In this document: positions 8,049 through 17,913 of the stretch, piece by piece
How the letters are laid out: every line of letters begins with the position of its first letter
Position numbering within the stretch: the stretch's first letter is position 1
NCBI RefSeq assembly: GCF_039940735.1
Contig: NZ_JBDVGB010000054.1
Coordinates: 380 to 64,379, forward strand
Length of the DNA: 64,000 nt
Reading direction: 5' to 3'
Source of the DNA: Tateyamaria sp.
Lineage (GTDB): Bacteria > Pseudomonadota > Alphaproteobacteria > Rhodobacterales > Rhodobacteraceae
The notes under the pieces: model-generated
Databases searched by the model: none
The model's input: only the letters and a program-made list of their open reading frames with translations
What the model was told of the DNA's origin: nothing
Translations under genes and position numbers: made by a program

Positions 8049-11048
8049 CTAGGTTTTGATGTAACCCGCCACCACTTGCAAAAGCCGATAGGCCGTGGCG
8101 GCGTCATTTTCGACCACGGCTATGAAGTCTTCTTCGCTGATGCGCAGGCAGGTCAAGTCAGACCGTGCGCGCATGTCCAGTGCGCGCGGTTCGCGCCGGA
8201 TCAGGCCCAATTCGCCCACCAACGCGCCTGCGCCGACTGTGGCAATCAGCTTGTCCTCGACACCGGGGCGGGGCAGCAGCAAATCCGCTTCGCCGTCGAT
8301 GACCATATAGGCGCCATCTGACGGGTCGTCGCGCTTGCGGAACACATATTCGCCGGGCTGTGCGCTATACCAGCGCGCGCCAAAGGCTAGCAGGCGCAAC
8401 TGTTTGCGTTTGAGGCCCGCAAACAAAGGCGCGCGGCTAAGTGCGTCCAACTTACGTGCAAGGTCAGCCCCGACCTCAGAGTCAGCCCCGGTTTGCTGCG
8501 TTTCAGCCCCGACCAAGTGGCCCTGTTGGACTTCGATGTGCAAATCGAACACGCCTTCGTCTTCGAACCCGTCATTCAAAAAGACCAGCGTCGCGTCGGG
8601 CAGCAGTTTGCGCAGATTGGCAATCAAGGCTTCGCGGGTGTCGGTGTCGTAACTGGCCATCGCGCGATCAAGGATCAATAGATCGGGGCGTTTGATGGTG
8701 GCACGGCTGATCGACAACGGTTCAGCAAAAAGCGCGGGTAGATTGGCGCCACCAAGGGCGATCGGCACGTCAAAAACCAGTTCCAGCACCAATGGGCTGA
8801 CGCCTTCGTCGGCCAAAACTTGCACGACCACGCGGCGCAGCTCTTCTCCGCGTGTGCCTGCCTCTTCGGACACTTTGCCGAACAACACGTTTTCCAGAAC
8901 CGACAGGCCCTGCACATATGAATGGGCTTCGATGGGGACGAACAAGTCGTCCATTTGGGCACGCAAGGTGTCGGCATGTTGGGTGCGCATTTCAAGGATA
9001 CGGTCCATCACTTCCTGTGGAAAAGATGGGCCAACCTGTTCGGCCGTCACGCTGGCAGGGACGGACAACAATAGGGCTAAATCCGTGTCGGTGATGTCCG
9101 ATCCGGGCGGTTTGCGGTTCACTAGATCAAGGGCGGCGTCATAAACGTCGACCTCAAGGCCGACTTTGCGAAACAACGGGTGATCGGTACCATTTGCGCC
9201 AAAAATCTGGCGCAGCATTTCGATGATATTGCGGGCAAGCAATTCCAGATTATCTGCCAAATCCAATGCATGCAGTTGGCGCAGGAAATCCAGTTTGGCT
9301 GCGATGATCTGTGGCGTGATCTTTTCGCGCGGGGTGGCATACAGCAGGTTTTCTGCAATCGGCAGGGCTGGGTTATAGGTGTTGGCATCGAAAGGATGCA
9401 CAAATTGCGCCAACCCGGCGTCTTTGATGGCGGCGTTCACTTTTGGGCGCAGGGCGATCAGTGCTTTGGTCAGCTCTTGGTGCTTGTCCGCGTTATAGGC
9501 TTGATCAAGGGTGCGCCGCGTCAACACATCACCGCTGCCAGTGCCGTCAATAAGCGTGTACCACCACGCCAGCAGCGATTTACGGTCTTCGACACCCGCC
9601 AATGTTGGGTCCAGCCACTTGGCCTTGAGCATATCGGCGCTGTTGCCTGCTCTGATCGCTTCGCGGGCAAAACTGTTTTCTTCGCCTTCGCCTATTGGGG
9701 AAAAGCGCACCGGCATCATAACGTTCTGCCCATAGCTGCCCTTGAACAGAACGGGGCGTGAATTGGCGTGGCCGATGCGCTTGGCGATGCTGGCTTGATG
9801 CAGGGTTTTGATGTCGTGGCCCGATAGGGTGACGGAACCGCTGGTGGGTAGGGTTTCGCGAGTTAGGACTTCGGCCAGTGCGCGGCGGTCTTCGTCATTG
9901 TCGGCGCTGATGCCCACGACAGAACCGGCGGGCAAAGTGACGCTGATGTCTTCGATCACAGGGTTGCCGTCGCCGTCGCGCACGGTGACCTGATCTAGGA
10001 CGATATCGCCATTCAGGCGGGGGGCATCAGGGGCCGGGCCGTAAAACAAATCGTCCGCGATCATGTTGTCGGGCGCGAAACGTTCCGTGATCGTTTCCCA
10101 GCGCAACGACATGTCGGCAGATTGGTTGTAGTAGGCCAACAGCTCTTTCCACGGGCTCGACAAATCCTTGTAAGCGGCCAATGCGGCGACCAATGCGCCG
10201 ATGGTGACTTGCCCTTGGATGACCAGGTAACCGCCGATGGAAAAGAAGAAAAAAGGCGTCAGCTGTGTGATGAAGTTGTTGAGAAACTTCATAAAAAATT
10301 TCTTTTGGTAGATCTGGAAACGGATGTCGAACAGCCGGCCCAAACGGTCCCCGATCATCGCCATCCGATACCGCCAACCCCCGTTGACCCGTAAGGTCGA
10401 TGCGCCTACCGCGCCTTCGCCAATTTCGGCCGCAAGCGCGCGCACCTGAACCACACGGGCTTTGTTCAGCAGGTTGATCTGCTTTTGCAGCTTTGGGATT
10501 AACCATGCCTGAACCGGGATCAGCGCAATAGCGGCCAAGCCAAAAGCAAAGGATTGCAAAAACAAGAACCCAAGGATGGTTAGCATCTGCCCGGCCTGCA
10601 ACACAGGCTGCGCGACGGCGTCGCCCATCAGCCCCCCCATGGGTTCGCTTTCGGCCGTAACCATGCTGACCAACTCGCCTTGGCTGGTGCGTTCGAAATA
10701 AGGCTGGGGAAAACGCAAAATACGCGCGATCAAGGTGTAGCGGAAGCGGCGCAAGAGACGTTCGGCCAGAACGCCTTTCATCGTGTTGATGCGCATTTTC
10801 ATCAGGCCATGGAACATAACAGCCAGCAAAAAGGCGCCGCACAGGATCATAAGATAGTTGATCTGAGTAAACTGCATGCCAAAGGCTGTGATTGTCGAAC
10901 CGCCTGCACCGATCGCGTCATTGATGATCCGTTTGGGCAATTCCAGCGTCAAATAAAGCAGCGGAAACAGCGTAAGGGTGACCACCAAAAGGATCAGCTG
11001 ATCCCGCTTTGAATATTTCCAGATAAAGGCAAAAAGGGAGGGTTCGAT
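8049..11048 (-). CDS. ABC exporter-like protein: transmembrane domain, split and degenerate NBD, C-terminal cyclic-nucleotide-binding domain
   Basis: ABC membrane domain at the N-terminus and cNMP domain (GELGLIRREPRALDMRA) at the C-terminus. The frame is open upstream of the TTG at 10988 to an ATC at 11048 (IEPSLFAFIWKYSKRDQ), bounded by an in-frame TAA. The start position is uncertain. Confidence 0.8.
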   Translation of the reverse strand: MEPSLFAFIWKYSKRDQLILLVVTLTLFPLLYLTLELPKRIINDAIGAGGSTITAFGMQFTQINYLMILCGAFLLAVMFHGLMKMRINTMKGVLAERLLRRFRYTLIARILRFPQPYFERTSQGELVSMVTAESEPMGGLMGDAVAQPVLQAGQMLTILGFLFLQSFAFGLAAIALIPVQAWLIPKLQKQINLLNKARVVQVRALAAEIGEGAVGASTLRVNGGWRYRMAMIGDRLGRLFDIRFQIYQKKFFMKFLNNFITQLTPFFFFSIGGYLVIQGQVTIGALVAALAAYKDLSSPWKELLAYYNQSADMSLRWETITERFAPDNMIADDLFYGPAPDAPRLNGDIVLDQVTVRDGDGNPVIEDISVTLPAGSVVGISADNDEDRRALAEVLTRETLPTSGSVTLSGHDIKTLHQASIAKRIGHANSRPVLFKGSYGQNVMMPVRFSPIGEGEENSFAREAIRAGNSADMLKAKWLDPTLAGVEDRKSLLAWWYTLIDGTGSGDVLTRRTLDQAYNADKHQELTKALIALRPKVNAAIKDAGLAQFVHPFDANTYNPALPIAENLLYATPREKITPQIIAAKLDFLRQLHALDLADNLELLARNIIEMLRQIFGANGTDHPLFRKVGLEVDVYDAALDLVNRKPPGSDITDTDLALLLSVPASVTAEQVGPSFPQEVMDRILEMRTQHADTLRAQMDDLFVPIEAHSYVQGLSVLENVLFGKVSEEAGTRGEELRRVVVQVLADEGVSPLVLELVFDVPIALGGANLPALFAEPLSISRATIKRPDLLILDRAMASYDTDTREALIANLRKLLPDATLVFLNDGFEDEGVFDLHIEVQQGHLVGAETQQTGADSEVGADLARKLDALSRAPLFAGLKRKQLRLLAFGARWYSAQPGEYVFRKRDDPSDGAYMVIDGEADLLLPRPGVEDKLIATVGAGALVGELGLIRREPRALDMRARSDLTCLRISEEDFIAVVENDAATAYRLLQVVAGYIKT

Positions 11049-11219
11049 GGCTTATGTCCCGAAACTGGCAACGGGCGGCGCGCCCGCACACAATCTAACC
11101 GTGGCGCTCGGAGTAAATCAATGCCTTGTGAAGTGCCGTTCACTTTAACCCGCACATGGATTGCCCCGAACGCATTGCCATCCTAGGATGCCTTTGATCC
11201 GCTAGCCAAAGGACGATCC

Positions 11220-11600
11220 TTGACTGACCCTGTGCTTTTAACCCTCGTTCTGCTTTTTCTGTTGCAGATCAAGCATATGTTCGCGGATTTTTATCTGCAA
11301 ACACCGCGCATGCTGCGTGATCGAGGGGTGTATTTGCACGTAGGTCGATTGCAGCATGCAGGTCTGCATGGGGTCGGATCTTTGGTCGCGATGGTGTTGG
11401 TGGGGGTGCCTGTCAGGCTGGCCTTGGCGGTCAGTGTGATCGAATGGGCGGTGCATTTTCATATCGATTGGGTCAAGGGATTGTGGTCTGATCACACCGG
11501 TCACGGACCGGACGAGGCCGGGTATTGGCGCGCTTTTGGTGTGGATCAAACGGCGCATCATTTGACGTATCTGGTGATGGTTTGGGCTGTGCTGCTTTAG
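11220..11600 (+). CDS. DUF3307 family membrane protein
   Basis: KHMFADFYLQ, HAGLH, HFHIDWVK and FGVDQTAHH motifs. AAAGGA RBS precedes the TTG start. Confidence 0.8.
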   Translation: MTDPVLLTLVLLFLLQIKHMFADFYLQTPRMLRDRGVYLHVGRLQHAGLHGVGSLVAMVLVGVPVRLALAVSVIEWAVHFHIDWVKGLWSDHTGHGPDEAGYWRAFGVDQTAHHLTYLVMVWAVLL

Positions 11601-11756
11601 AGCCAAAACTCTGCGACAAAAACGTATGGCCGATACAGTGTCGGCACTCATGGAAAACTTCGCGCAAACCTTGAAGCGGAAACCGACGTTGCCCTATCAT
11701 CTGCGTGGAAGACGCTTGATGAAAGTGCGGCTGGCGATCATTCCTGTCTGGCCCCA

Positions 11757-11785
11757 TTGACACGACCACCCGCGCTGGCCTTCAT
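11757..11785 (+). promoter_or_regulatory. Putative sigma70-type promoter for frmA
   Basis: TTGACA, 17 nt spacer, then CTTCAT, about 30 nt upstream of the frmA start. The -10 match is weak. Confidence 0.3.
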
Positions 11786-11815
11786 GGCAAAAAATCAAAG
11801 AAAGAGACCCGAACG

Positions 11816-12928
11816 ATGCGAACACGTGCCGCCGTAGCCTTGGAAGCTGGCAAACCATTGCAAATCATGGAAGTGAACCTTGACGCGCCGCGCGCCGGGG
11901 AAGTCTTGGTTGAGATCAAAGCCACCGGGCTGTGCCACACGGATGAATTCACCCGGTCTGGTGACGACCCCGAAGGCATCTTTCCCGCGATTTTGGGCCA
12001 TGAGGGTGCAGGCGTTGTGATCGAAGTGGGGGAAGGTGTGACCAGCCTTGAAGTGGGTGATCACGTCATCCCGCTTTACACGCCCGAGTGCCGCGAGTGC
12101 GAGTACTGCCTGAACCCAAAAACCAACCTGTGCCAAAAAGTGCGCGCGACCCAAGGTCAAGGGTTGTTGCCCGACGGTTCGACGCGGTTTTCGATGCTCG
12201 ATGGGACGCCGATTCATCACTATATGGGCTGCTCGACCTTTGCCAATCATACTGTCGTGCCCGAAATTGCGCTGGCCAAAGTCCGCAAAGACGCGCCGTT
12301 TGACAAGATTTGCTACATCGGGTGCGGCGTGACCACAGGCATAGGTGCGGTGATCAACACCGCCAAAGTTGAGATCGGGTCGCGGGGCATTGTGTTCGGG
12401 CTTGGGGGCATCGGTTTGAACGTGATCCAAGGGCTTCGTCTGGCCGGAGCGGATCAGATCGTTGGGGTGGATTTGAATGAAGGCAAAGTCGAGATGGCTA
12501 AGCGCTTTGGCATGACGGACTTTGTGAATCCGTCAAAAGTTGACGGTGATTTGGTGGCGCATTTGGTTGAGCTGACCAAAGGTGGTGCGGATTACACCTT
12601 TGATGCGACCGGTAATGTCGACGTGATGCGCACGGCACTTGAAGCGTCACACAAAGGGTGGGGCGAAAGCATCATCATTGGTGTTGCGCCTGCGGGGGCC
12701 GAAATCTCGACCCGCCCGTTTCAGTTGGTGACGGGGCGCAGCTGGCGTGGGACCGCGTTTGGCGGTGCGAAGGGACGCACAGATGTGCCCAAGATCGTGG
12801 ATTGGTACATGGACGGCAAAATCGAAATCGACCCGATGATCACTCACAAGCTGACGCTGGATCAGATCAACGAAGGGTTTGATTTGATGCATGCCGGCAA
12901 ATCGATCAGGGCCGTGGTCGAGTTTTAA
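11816..12928 (+). CDS. frmA: S-(hydroxymethyl)glutathione dehydrogenase / class III alcohol dehydrogenase
   Basis: GLCHTDEFT, GHEGAG, CRECEYC...C zinc motifs, GCGVTTG and GTAFGG. Confidence 0.95.
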   Translation: MRTRAAVALEAGKPLQIMEVNLDAPRAGEVLVEIKATGLCHTDEFTRSGDDPEGIFPAILGHEGAGVVIEVGEGVTSLEVGDHVIPLYTPECRECEYCLNPKTNLCQKVRATQGQGLLPDGSTRFSMLDGTPIHHYMGCSTFANHTVVPEIALAKVRKDAPFDKICYIGCGVTTGIGAVINTAKVEIGSRGIVFGLGGIGLNVIQGLRLAGADQIVGVDLNEGKVEMAKRFGMTDFVNPSKVDGDLVAHLVELTKGGADYTFDATGNVDVMRTALEASHKGWGESIIIGVAPAGAEISTRPFQLVTGRSWRGTAFGGAKGRTDVPKIVDWYMDGKIEIDPMITHKLTLDQINEGFDLMHAGKSIRAVVEF

Positions 12929-12929
12929 G

Positions 12930-12982
12930 GTAAGGCGTACCTGTGGTGCGCCATCGCAGGGCGGAGGACACCTCCGCCTTAC
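12930..12982. repeat. REP-like inverted doublet (GTAA plus 8-bp hairpin)
   Basis: GTAA-GGCGTACC-TGT-GGTGCGCC at 12930-12952 and inverted GGCGGAGG-ACA-CCTCCGCC-TTAC at 12960-12982. The second copy is identical to 55376-55398. Confidence 0.8.
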
Positions 12983-13072
12983 AAAGTTCACGCCACGTTA
13001 TTTAAACTTCATGTGTTTCCCGTGCAGCCTGCTTGTTAGGCTGCGCGCACCGGCGTGCCTTAGGAGGGCGAT

Positions 13073-13531
13073 ATGAAGCTTGTTGTGAATGGCGCAGAAT
13101 ACGATGTGGATGTCGAAGACGACATGCCCCTGTTGTGGGTTTTGCGGGACGAGCTGAACTTCAAAGGCGTGAAATACGGATGTGGTGTTGCAGCTTGCGG
13201 AGCTTGCACCGTGCACATCGACGGGGTTGCTGTGCGATCTTGTCAGGCTTTGGCAGCAGACGTCGATGGCGAGGTCACGACAATCGAAGGTCTTGGAACC
13301 CCTGACGCGTTGCACCCACTTCAAGCCGCTTGGATTTCGCATCAGGTGGCACAATGCGGTTACTGTCAGTCCGGGCAAATCATGCAGGCAGCGTCGCTAT
13401 TGACTGATATTCCTGATCCTTCGGACGCCGACATTGACGGCGCAATGAGCGGAAACTTGTGCCGTTGTGGCACGTACACCCGCATCCGCGCGGCTGTCAA
13501 AACCGCCGCTCTGACCCTAAAGGAAAACTAA
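13073..13531 (+). CDS. iorA: (2Fe-2S) subunit, isoquinoline 1-oxidoreductase alpha / aldehyde dehydrogenase small subunit family
   Basis: [22 protein letters not shown] and NLCRCGTY motifs. Confidence 0.9.
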   Translation: MKLVVNGAEYDVDVEDDMPLLWVLRDELNFKGVKYGCGVAACGACTVHIDGVAVRSCQALAADVDGEVTTIEGLGTPDALHPLQAAWISHQVAQCGYCQSGQIMQAASLLTDIPDPSDADIDGAMSGNLCRCGTYTRIRAAVKTAALTLKEN

Positions 13532-13534
13532 GCG

Positions 13535-15775
13535 ATGAGCCGCTTTGGAAAAATCGCCCGTCGTAGTTTTTTGGTTGGTTCGGCAGCTGTCGTCGGTGGG
13601 GTCGCTTTTGGCTATTTTATGTACAAACGCCCTGTGGCGAACCCGCTGTTGGATGATTTGGCCGAAGGCGCAGCAGGGCTGACGCCTTACGTGCGCATCG
13701 ACGCAACTGGTGTCACGTTGATCACGCCGCGTGCAGACAGTGGGCAGGGGGCGTACTCTGTGCAAGCGGCCTTGATTGCTGAAGAACTCGACGTTGATTT
13801 GGATCAGGTTCGCGTCGATCCCGGTCTGCCAAGCCCTGCCTATTACAACACCGCCTTAAGTGCCGAGGCAGCCCCGTTTCGTGCAACGGATGACAGTGTC
13901 ATGGCCAATTCTGCACGCGGCGTGATGGATGCGTTGATGAAGTTCTTGGGTCTGCAAATTACCGGTGGTTCGACCACCGTGCCTGACAGCTTTGACAAGC
14001 TGCGCATGGCCGGTGCCGTGGCCCGCGAAACGTTGAAGGCGGCAGCGGCTCAGACGGCGGGGGTTGAGGTTAGTACCCTAAAGACAGCGCGTGGGCAGGT
14101 GGAATTACCCGACGGAAAAACGCTCAGCTATGCAGAGCTGGCCCCGATTGCCGCGACCTTAAACCCAGTAAATGACGTGACCTTGCGCGACCCAAAAACG
14201 TGGCGCTTGATCGGAAAACCGATGCAGCGTGTTGATATTGTGGCGAAATCCACCGGCACACAGACCTATGGTATCGATTTTGAACCTGACGGCGTGATGC
14301 ACGCAACTGTGCGCACCAATCCGCGCCGTGGTGGGGGCATAAACAGCCATGATGCGCGCACTGCGCTGGGCATGCGGGGCGTTGCGCAAGTGGTTGAAAT
14401 CACTAGCGGGATCGCCGTTGTCGCAGACAACACGTGGCGCGCAATCCAAGCGGTCAACGCGATCGAAATAGATTGGGGCACAGCACCCTATCCGCCAGAG
14501 ATGGACGCACATTGGCAGGTACTGTCGGACAGTTTTGTGCCCGACCGTGTCGACAGCACGCGTCGCGATGATGGTGATGTTGACGCTGCGTTGAATGGGG
14601 CCGCTGTGATCGAGGCCGAGTACCGCGCGCCCTATCTGGCCCATGCGCCGCTAGAACCGATTACGGCCACGGTGCAGGTGAACGCCGACCGTGTGGATGT
14701 CTGGACCGGCACGCAAATCCCGCGCTTTGTGCAGAAGACAGTCGCCAAAATGACGGGCATGGATATGGACGATGTCTATGTCCACGTACTGATGATGGGT
14801 GGCAGTTTTGGGCATCGTCTTGAAGATCGGGTTGTCAAGGAAGCTGTTGAAATTGCACTGCAACTGCCGGGCGTCCCGATTAAGCTGACCTATTCCCGAG
14901 AAGAAGACATGACCCACGACGACACCCGTCAAATCGCCATGGCGCGTGGGCGCGGCGTGGTGCGCGATGGGCAGGTGGACGCGTTTGATCTGGGCATCGC
15001 CATGCCCTCGGTTGTTGCCAGTCAGATGGGGCGGCAGGGGTTGCCCGTACCGGGGCCGGACATGCAGATCGTGGCTGGGGCTTGGGAACAACCTTTTGAG
15101 ATCCCGAACTACCGTGTGACCGGCTACCGCGCGCCAGAGTTAGCGCCGATATCGTCATGGCGATCTGTGGGCGCGTCCACAAACGGATTTTTCCATGACG
15201 TGTTTTTGGATGAGTTGATCCACGCTGCTGTCGCTGATCCGATGCAGGAACGCATGCGATTGTGTTGGCATGATCCATCGCGCAAGACCCTCGAAGCCGT
15301 GGCCGAAATGTCCAATTGGGGCGGTGCTTTGGGGCCCAATCAGGGGCGCGGCGTTGCGTTTTGCATGTCCTTCGGCGTGTCCACCGCCGAGGTGATCGAA
15401 GTGACCAACACCGACGACGGTATTCGTATCGACAAAGTTTGGGTCGCGGCCGAGGTGGGCAAAGTGGTGGACCCCGTGGCGTTTGAAAACATGGTGCAAG
15501 GCGGCATTGTTTGGGCGCTTGGGCACGCGATGAATTCAGAAATCACCTATAATGACGGGATGGTCGAACAGCAAAACTTTTGGGATTCCGAAGGTCTGCG
15601 CATGTATCAAATGCCCAAGATTGAAGTCCGCGGGTTGGAAAACGGTGAACACGTGCGTGGCATGGGCGAACCAATGGTGCCACCCGCCGCTGCCGCCTTG
15701 TCCAACGCGATCTTTGCGGCGACCGGGCAACGCATTCGCGAGATGCCGATGAATAAATTCATCGACTTTGTCTGA
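13535..15775 (+). CDS. iorB: Molybdopterin-binding subunit, isoquinoline 1-oxidoreductase beta / xanthine dehydrogenase family
   Basis: Tat-like ARRSFL N-terminus. Carries GQG, QITGGSTT, HAPLEP, GGSFG, WRSVG and GMGEP..PP motifs. Confidence 0.9.
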   Translation: MSRFGKIARRSFLVGSAAVVGGVAFGYFMYKRPVANPLLDDLAEGAAGLTPYVRIDATGVTLITPRADSGQGAYSVQAALIAEELDVDLDQVRVDPGLPSPAYYNTALSAEAAPFRATDDSVMANSARGVMDALMKFLGLQITGGSTTVPDSFDKLRMAGAVARETLKAAAAQTAGVEVSTLKTARGQVELPDGKTLSYAELAPIAATLNPVNDVTLRDPKTWRLIGKPMQRVDIVAKSTGTQTYGIDFEPDGVMHATVRTNPRRGGGINSHDARTALGMRGVAQVVEITSGIAVVADNTWRAIQAVNAIEIDWGTAPYPPEMDAHWQVLSDSFVPDRVDSTRRDDGDVDAALNGAAVIEAEYRAPYLAHAPLEPITATVQVNADRVDVWTGTQIPRFVQKTVAKMTGMDMDDVYVHVLMMGGSFGHRLEDRVVKEAVEIALQLPGVPIKLTYSREEDMTHDDTRQIAMARGRGVVRDGQVDAFDLGIAMPSVVASQMGRQGLPVPGPDMQIVAGAWEQPFEIPNYRVTGYRAPELAPISSWRSVGASTNGFFHDVFLDELIHAAVADPMQERMRLCWHDPSRKTLEAVAEMSNWGGALGPNQGRGVAFCMSFGVSTAEVIEVTNTDDGIRIDKVWVAAEVGKVVDPVAFENMVQGGIVWALGHAMNSEITYNDGMVEQQNFWDSEGLRMYQMPKIEVRGLENGEHVRGMGEPMVPPAAAALSNAIFAATGQRIREMPMNKFIDFV

Positions 15776-16168
15776 GGGATGTACATCAGTTGCACACTGC
15801 AGGCGGTGACCACGCAAAGCGTATGGCTTCACAAACATCTGTGGGATCAGACGGGCGTGGTGGCCAAACTTCGCCGGCTTGCGTTTCCAAAGATGCGCAT
15901 TGCTGCAAGTTTTTGTGCCAATCAGACAAGGTTCAAACTTACCCATCTCAAAGATCTATTGAAGATGACCTCTTTATTCTTAGTGAACTCGTGAATTTGG
16001 AAACCGTTCTTGGCCAACCTGTCATTGAGTGCTGCGCAATCAACTGCGGATCAGCGAAACTAGGTCGATTGTGGTAACCTGTATTGGGTGGCTTCATTTA
16101 ACAGTAGATGTGGATATCTGCGGTATGGCGCATTTTGACGCCGGTTGGAGCAGGGACCATCCAGCCTA

Positions 16169-16822
16169 TCAGCTTTTGGTAATTTGAATGACATCCGATC
16201 CAGCGGCGATGGCGGCGGACACGCCTTCTTGGGAGTCTTCAAAGACCAAGGTCTTGGTAGCCGAGAACCCCAATCGCTGTGCGGCATGAACAAAAATGTC
16301 CGGTGCTGGCTTTGCCGGGAGGCCATCAGAGATTGAAACAATGGTGGCGAAGTAATTCAGCAATTTCACGGCTTGCAATGAGGCCGTTGCGACTTCGGTC
16401 TCCGCGTTGGTTCCGACCGCCATGGGATAGGCTCCGGCCAAAGTACGAACAAGTCGACCCGTTTCGGCAATCGGCGACACCCCAGTCGTCGCGTTGATAA
16501 ACGCGTCAATGCTTTGCTGGGCTGCCAAGGCAATGTCTAACGGCCCGGAATTCTCTGAACCCAAGGCGGACAAGGTCGAGTAGCGATCAAGGCCTGTCCG
16601 CTGGTCGTACCAATCGCGGTCCAAATCATGACCCTGCGCGCGCACGGCAGTTCTAAGGGACTGGAAATGCGCCTCGCCACTATCGACAAGGGTGCCATCG
16701 CAGTCGAAAATTACCGCGCGGTAGCCGCCTTTGATGATTTCAGAATGCCAATCTTGCGATGCGACGTGTCGCTGGGTTCCAGCGGAAAACAAGATGCTAT
16801 CCATAACGGTTACATGTTCCAA
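16169..16822 (-). CDS. HAD-superfamily phosphatase (beta-phosphoglucomutase-like)
   Basis: FDCDGTL (motif I), KPAPDIF and FEDSQEG motifs. Confidence 0.85.
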   Translation of the reverse strand: MEHVTVMDSILFSAGTQRHVASQDWHSEIIKGGYRAVIFDCDGTLVDSGEAHFQSLRTAVRAQGHDLDRDWYDQRTGLDRYSTLSALGSENSGPLDIALAAQQSIDAFINATTGVSPIAETGRLVRTLAGAYPMAVGTNAETEVATASLQAVKLLNYFATIVSISDGLPAKPAPDIFVHAAQRLGFSATKTLVFEDSQEGVSAAIAAGSDVIQITKS

Positions 16823-16824
16823 CT

Positions 16825-17886
16825 TTATGCAGCCACGAGACGCGCAAGATCTGCATTGAATTGAACCGCGACAGTATCACCTTGCGCAAAGGGTTTTTCC
16901 GTCACACCACTGATCACAAAAAGCGACCCGATCGCGCTTTCGACGGTGTATTGGATTTCTTTCCCAAGATAGGCCGCATAGCTGACCTCGCCCTTGATCC
17001 CCGGTTGGTTGGGCGTAGCAAGACGCAGATTGTGCGGACGCAGTACCATTTTAGCGGGGCCTTTTTGCAAACCGCCGTCGCGGACTTTGTATTTTAGATT
17101 GTCCATGATGACGGTGGCTTCGCCGCTTGCCACGCTTTCGATGTTACAATCGGCAAGATTGGCGTCGCCGATGAAGTCAGCGATGAATGCCGACTGTGGG
17201 GCCTCATAAAGGTCGCTTGGCGATCCTTCCTGCGCGATCTCTGCGTTCTTCATTACGATGATGCGGTCCGAGACGGCCATCGCCTCTTCTTGGTCGTGGG
17301 TCACGTAGACGGCCGTAAGGCCAAGGCGTTGTTGGATTTGGCGAATTTCTTCGCGCACGTGACGGCGCAGTTTCGCGTCTAGGTTTGACAGCGGTTCGTC
17401 TAACAGCAGAACTTCGGGTTCCAACACAATTGCACGCGCCACTGCGACGCGCTGTTGCTGACCGCCCGACAACTCACTTGGCAAGCGGTCGCCAAAACCA
17501 GCTAGGCCGACCAATTCTAGCCCATGTTCTGCTTTTTCAGCGGCTTCCGCCTTGGGTACGGATTTGACTGTGAGGCCGTAAGCCACGTTCTGACGGACGG
17601 TCATATGAGGGAACAAGGCGTAGGATTGAAACACCATCGACACTTTGCGGTAGGTTGCTGTCAGATGCGTGACGTCTTCGCCGCCGATGTGGATTTTACC
17701 AGCGCTGGCCATTTCGAGGCCCGCAATCAGGCGCAACGTGGTGGTCTTGCCGCATCCCGATGGGCCAAGCAGGGTCACAAGCTTGCCGGGGTCAATGGTC
17801 AGATCAAGGCTTTTGAGGGCCGTGACATCACCAAATTTTTTGACGACGCTCTCAAAGCGGACGGAACCAGGGGTGGATATTGTCAT
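16825..17886 (-). CDS. afuC: ABC transporter ATP-binding protein (AfuC/FbpC type)
   Basis: GPSGCGKT, LSGGQQQR and LLLDE motifs with a C-terminal TOBE domain. Confidence 0.85.
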   Translation of the reverse strand: MTISTPGSVRFESVVKKFGDVTALKSLDLTIDPGKLVTLLGPSGCGKTTTLRLIAGLEMASAGKIHIGGEDVTHLTATYRKVSMVFQSYALFPHMTVRQNVAYGLTVKSVPKAEAAEKAEHGLELVGLAGFGDRLPSELSGGQQQRVAVARAIVLEPEVLLLDEPLSNLDAKLRRHVREEIRQIQQRLGLTAVYVTHDQEEAMAVSDRIIVMKNAEIAQEGSPSDLYEAPQSAFIADFIGDANLADCNIESVASGEATVIMDNLKYKVRDGGLQKGPAKMVLRPHNLRLATPNQPGIKGEVSYAAYLGKEIQYTVESAIGSLFVISGVTEKPFAQGDTVAVQFNADLARLVAA

Positions 17887-17913
17887 AAGTTTCTCCGGGT
17901 GTTTGGCCTGGTT

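Noticed and set aside
11626-11760. 44-aa ORF upstream of frmA
   Set aside because: It has no RBS or motif and overlaps the putative frmA promoter.
15776-16168. att sites, IS ends or an integrase remnant at the islet borders (also 24689-24873)
   Set aside because: I found no matching direct or inverted repeats between the two borders by eye and no recognisable recombinase fragment. A BLASTN search is needed to exclude degenerate repeats.
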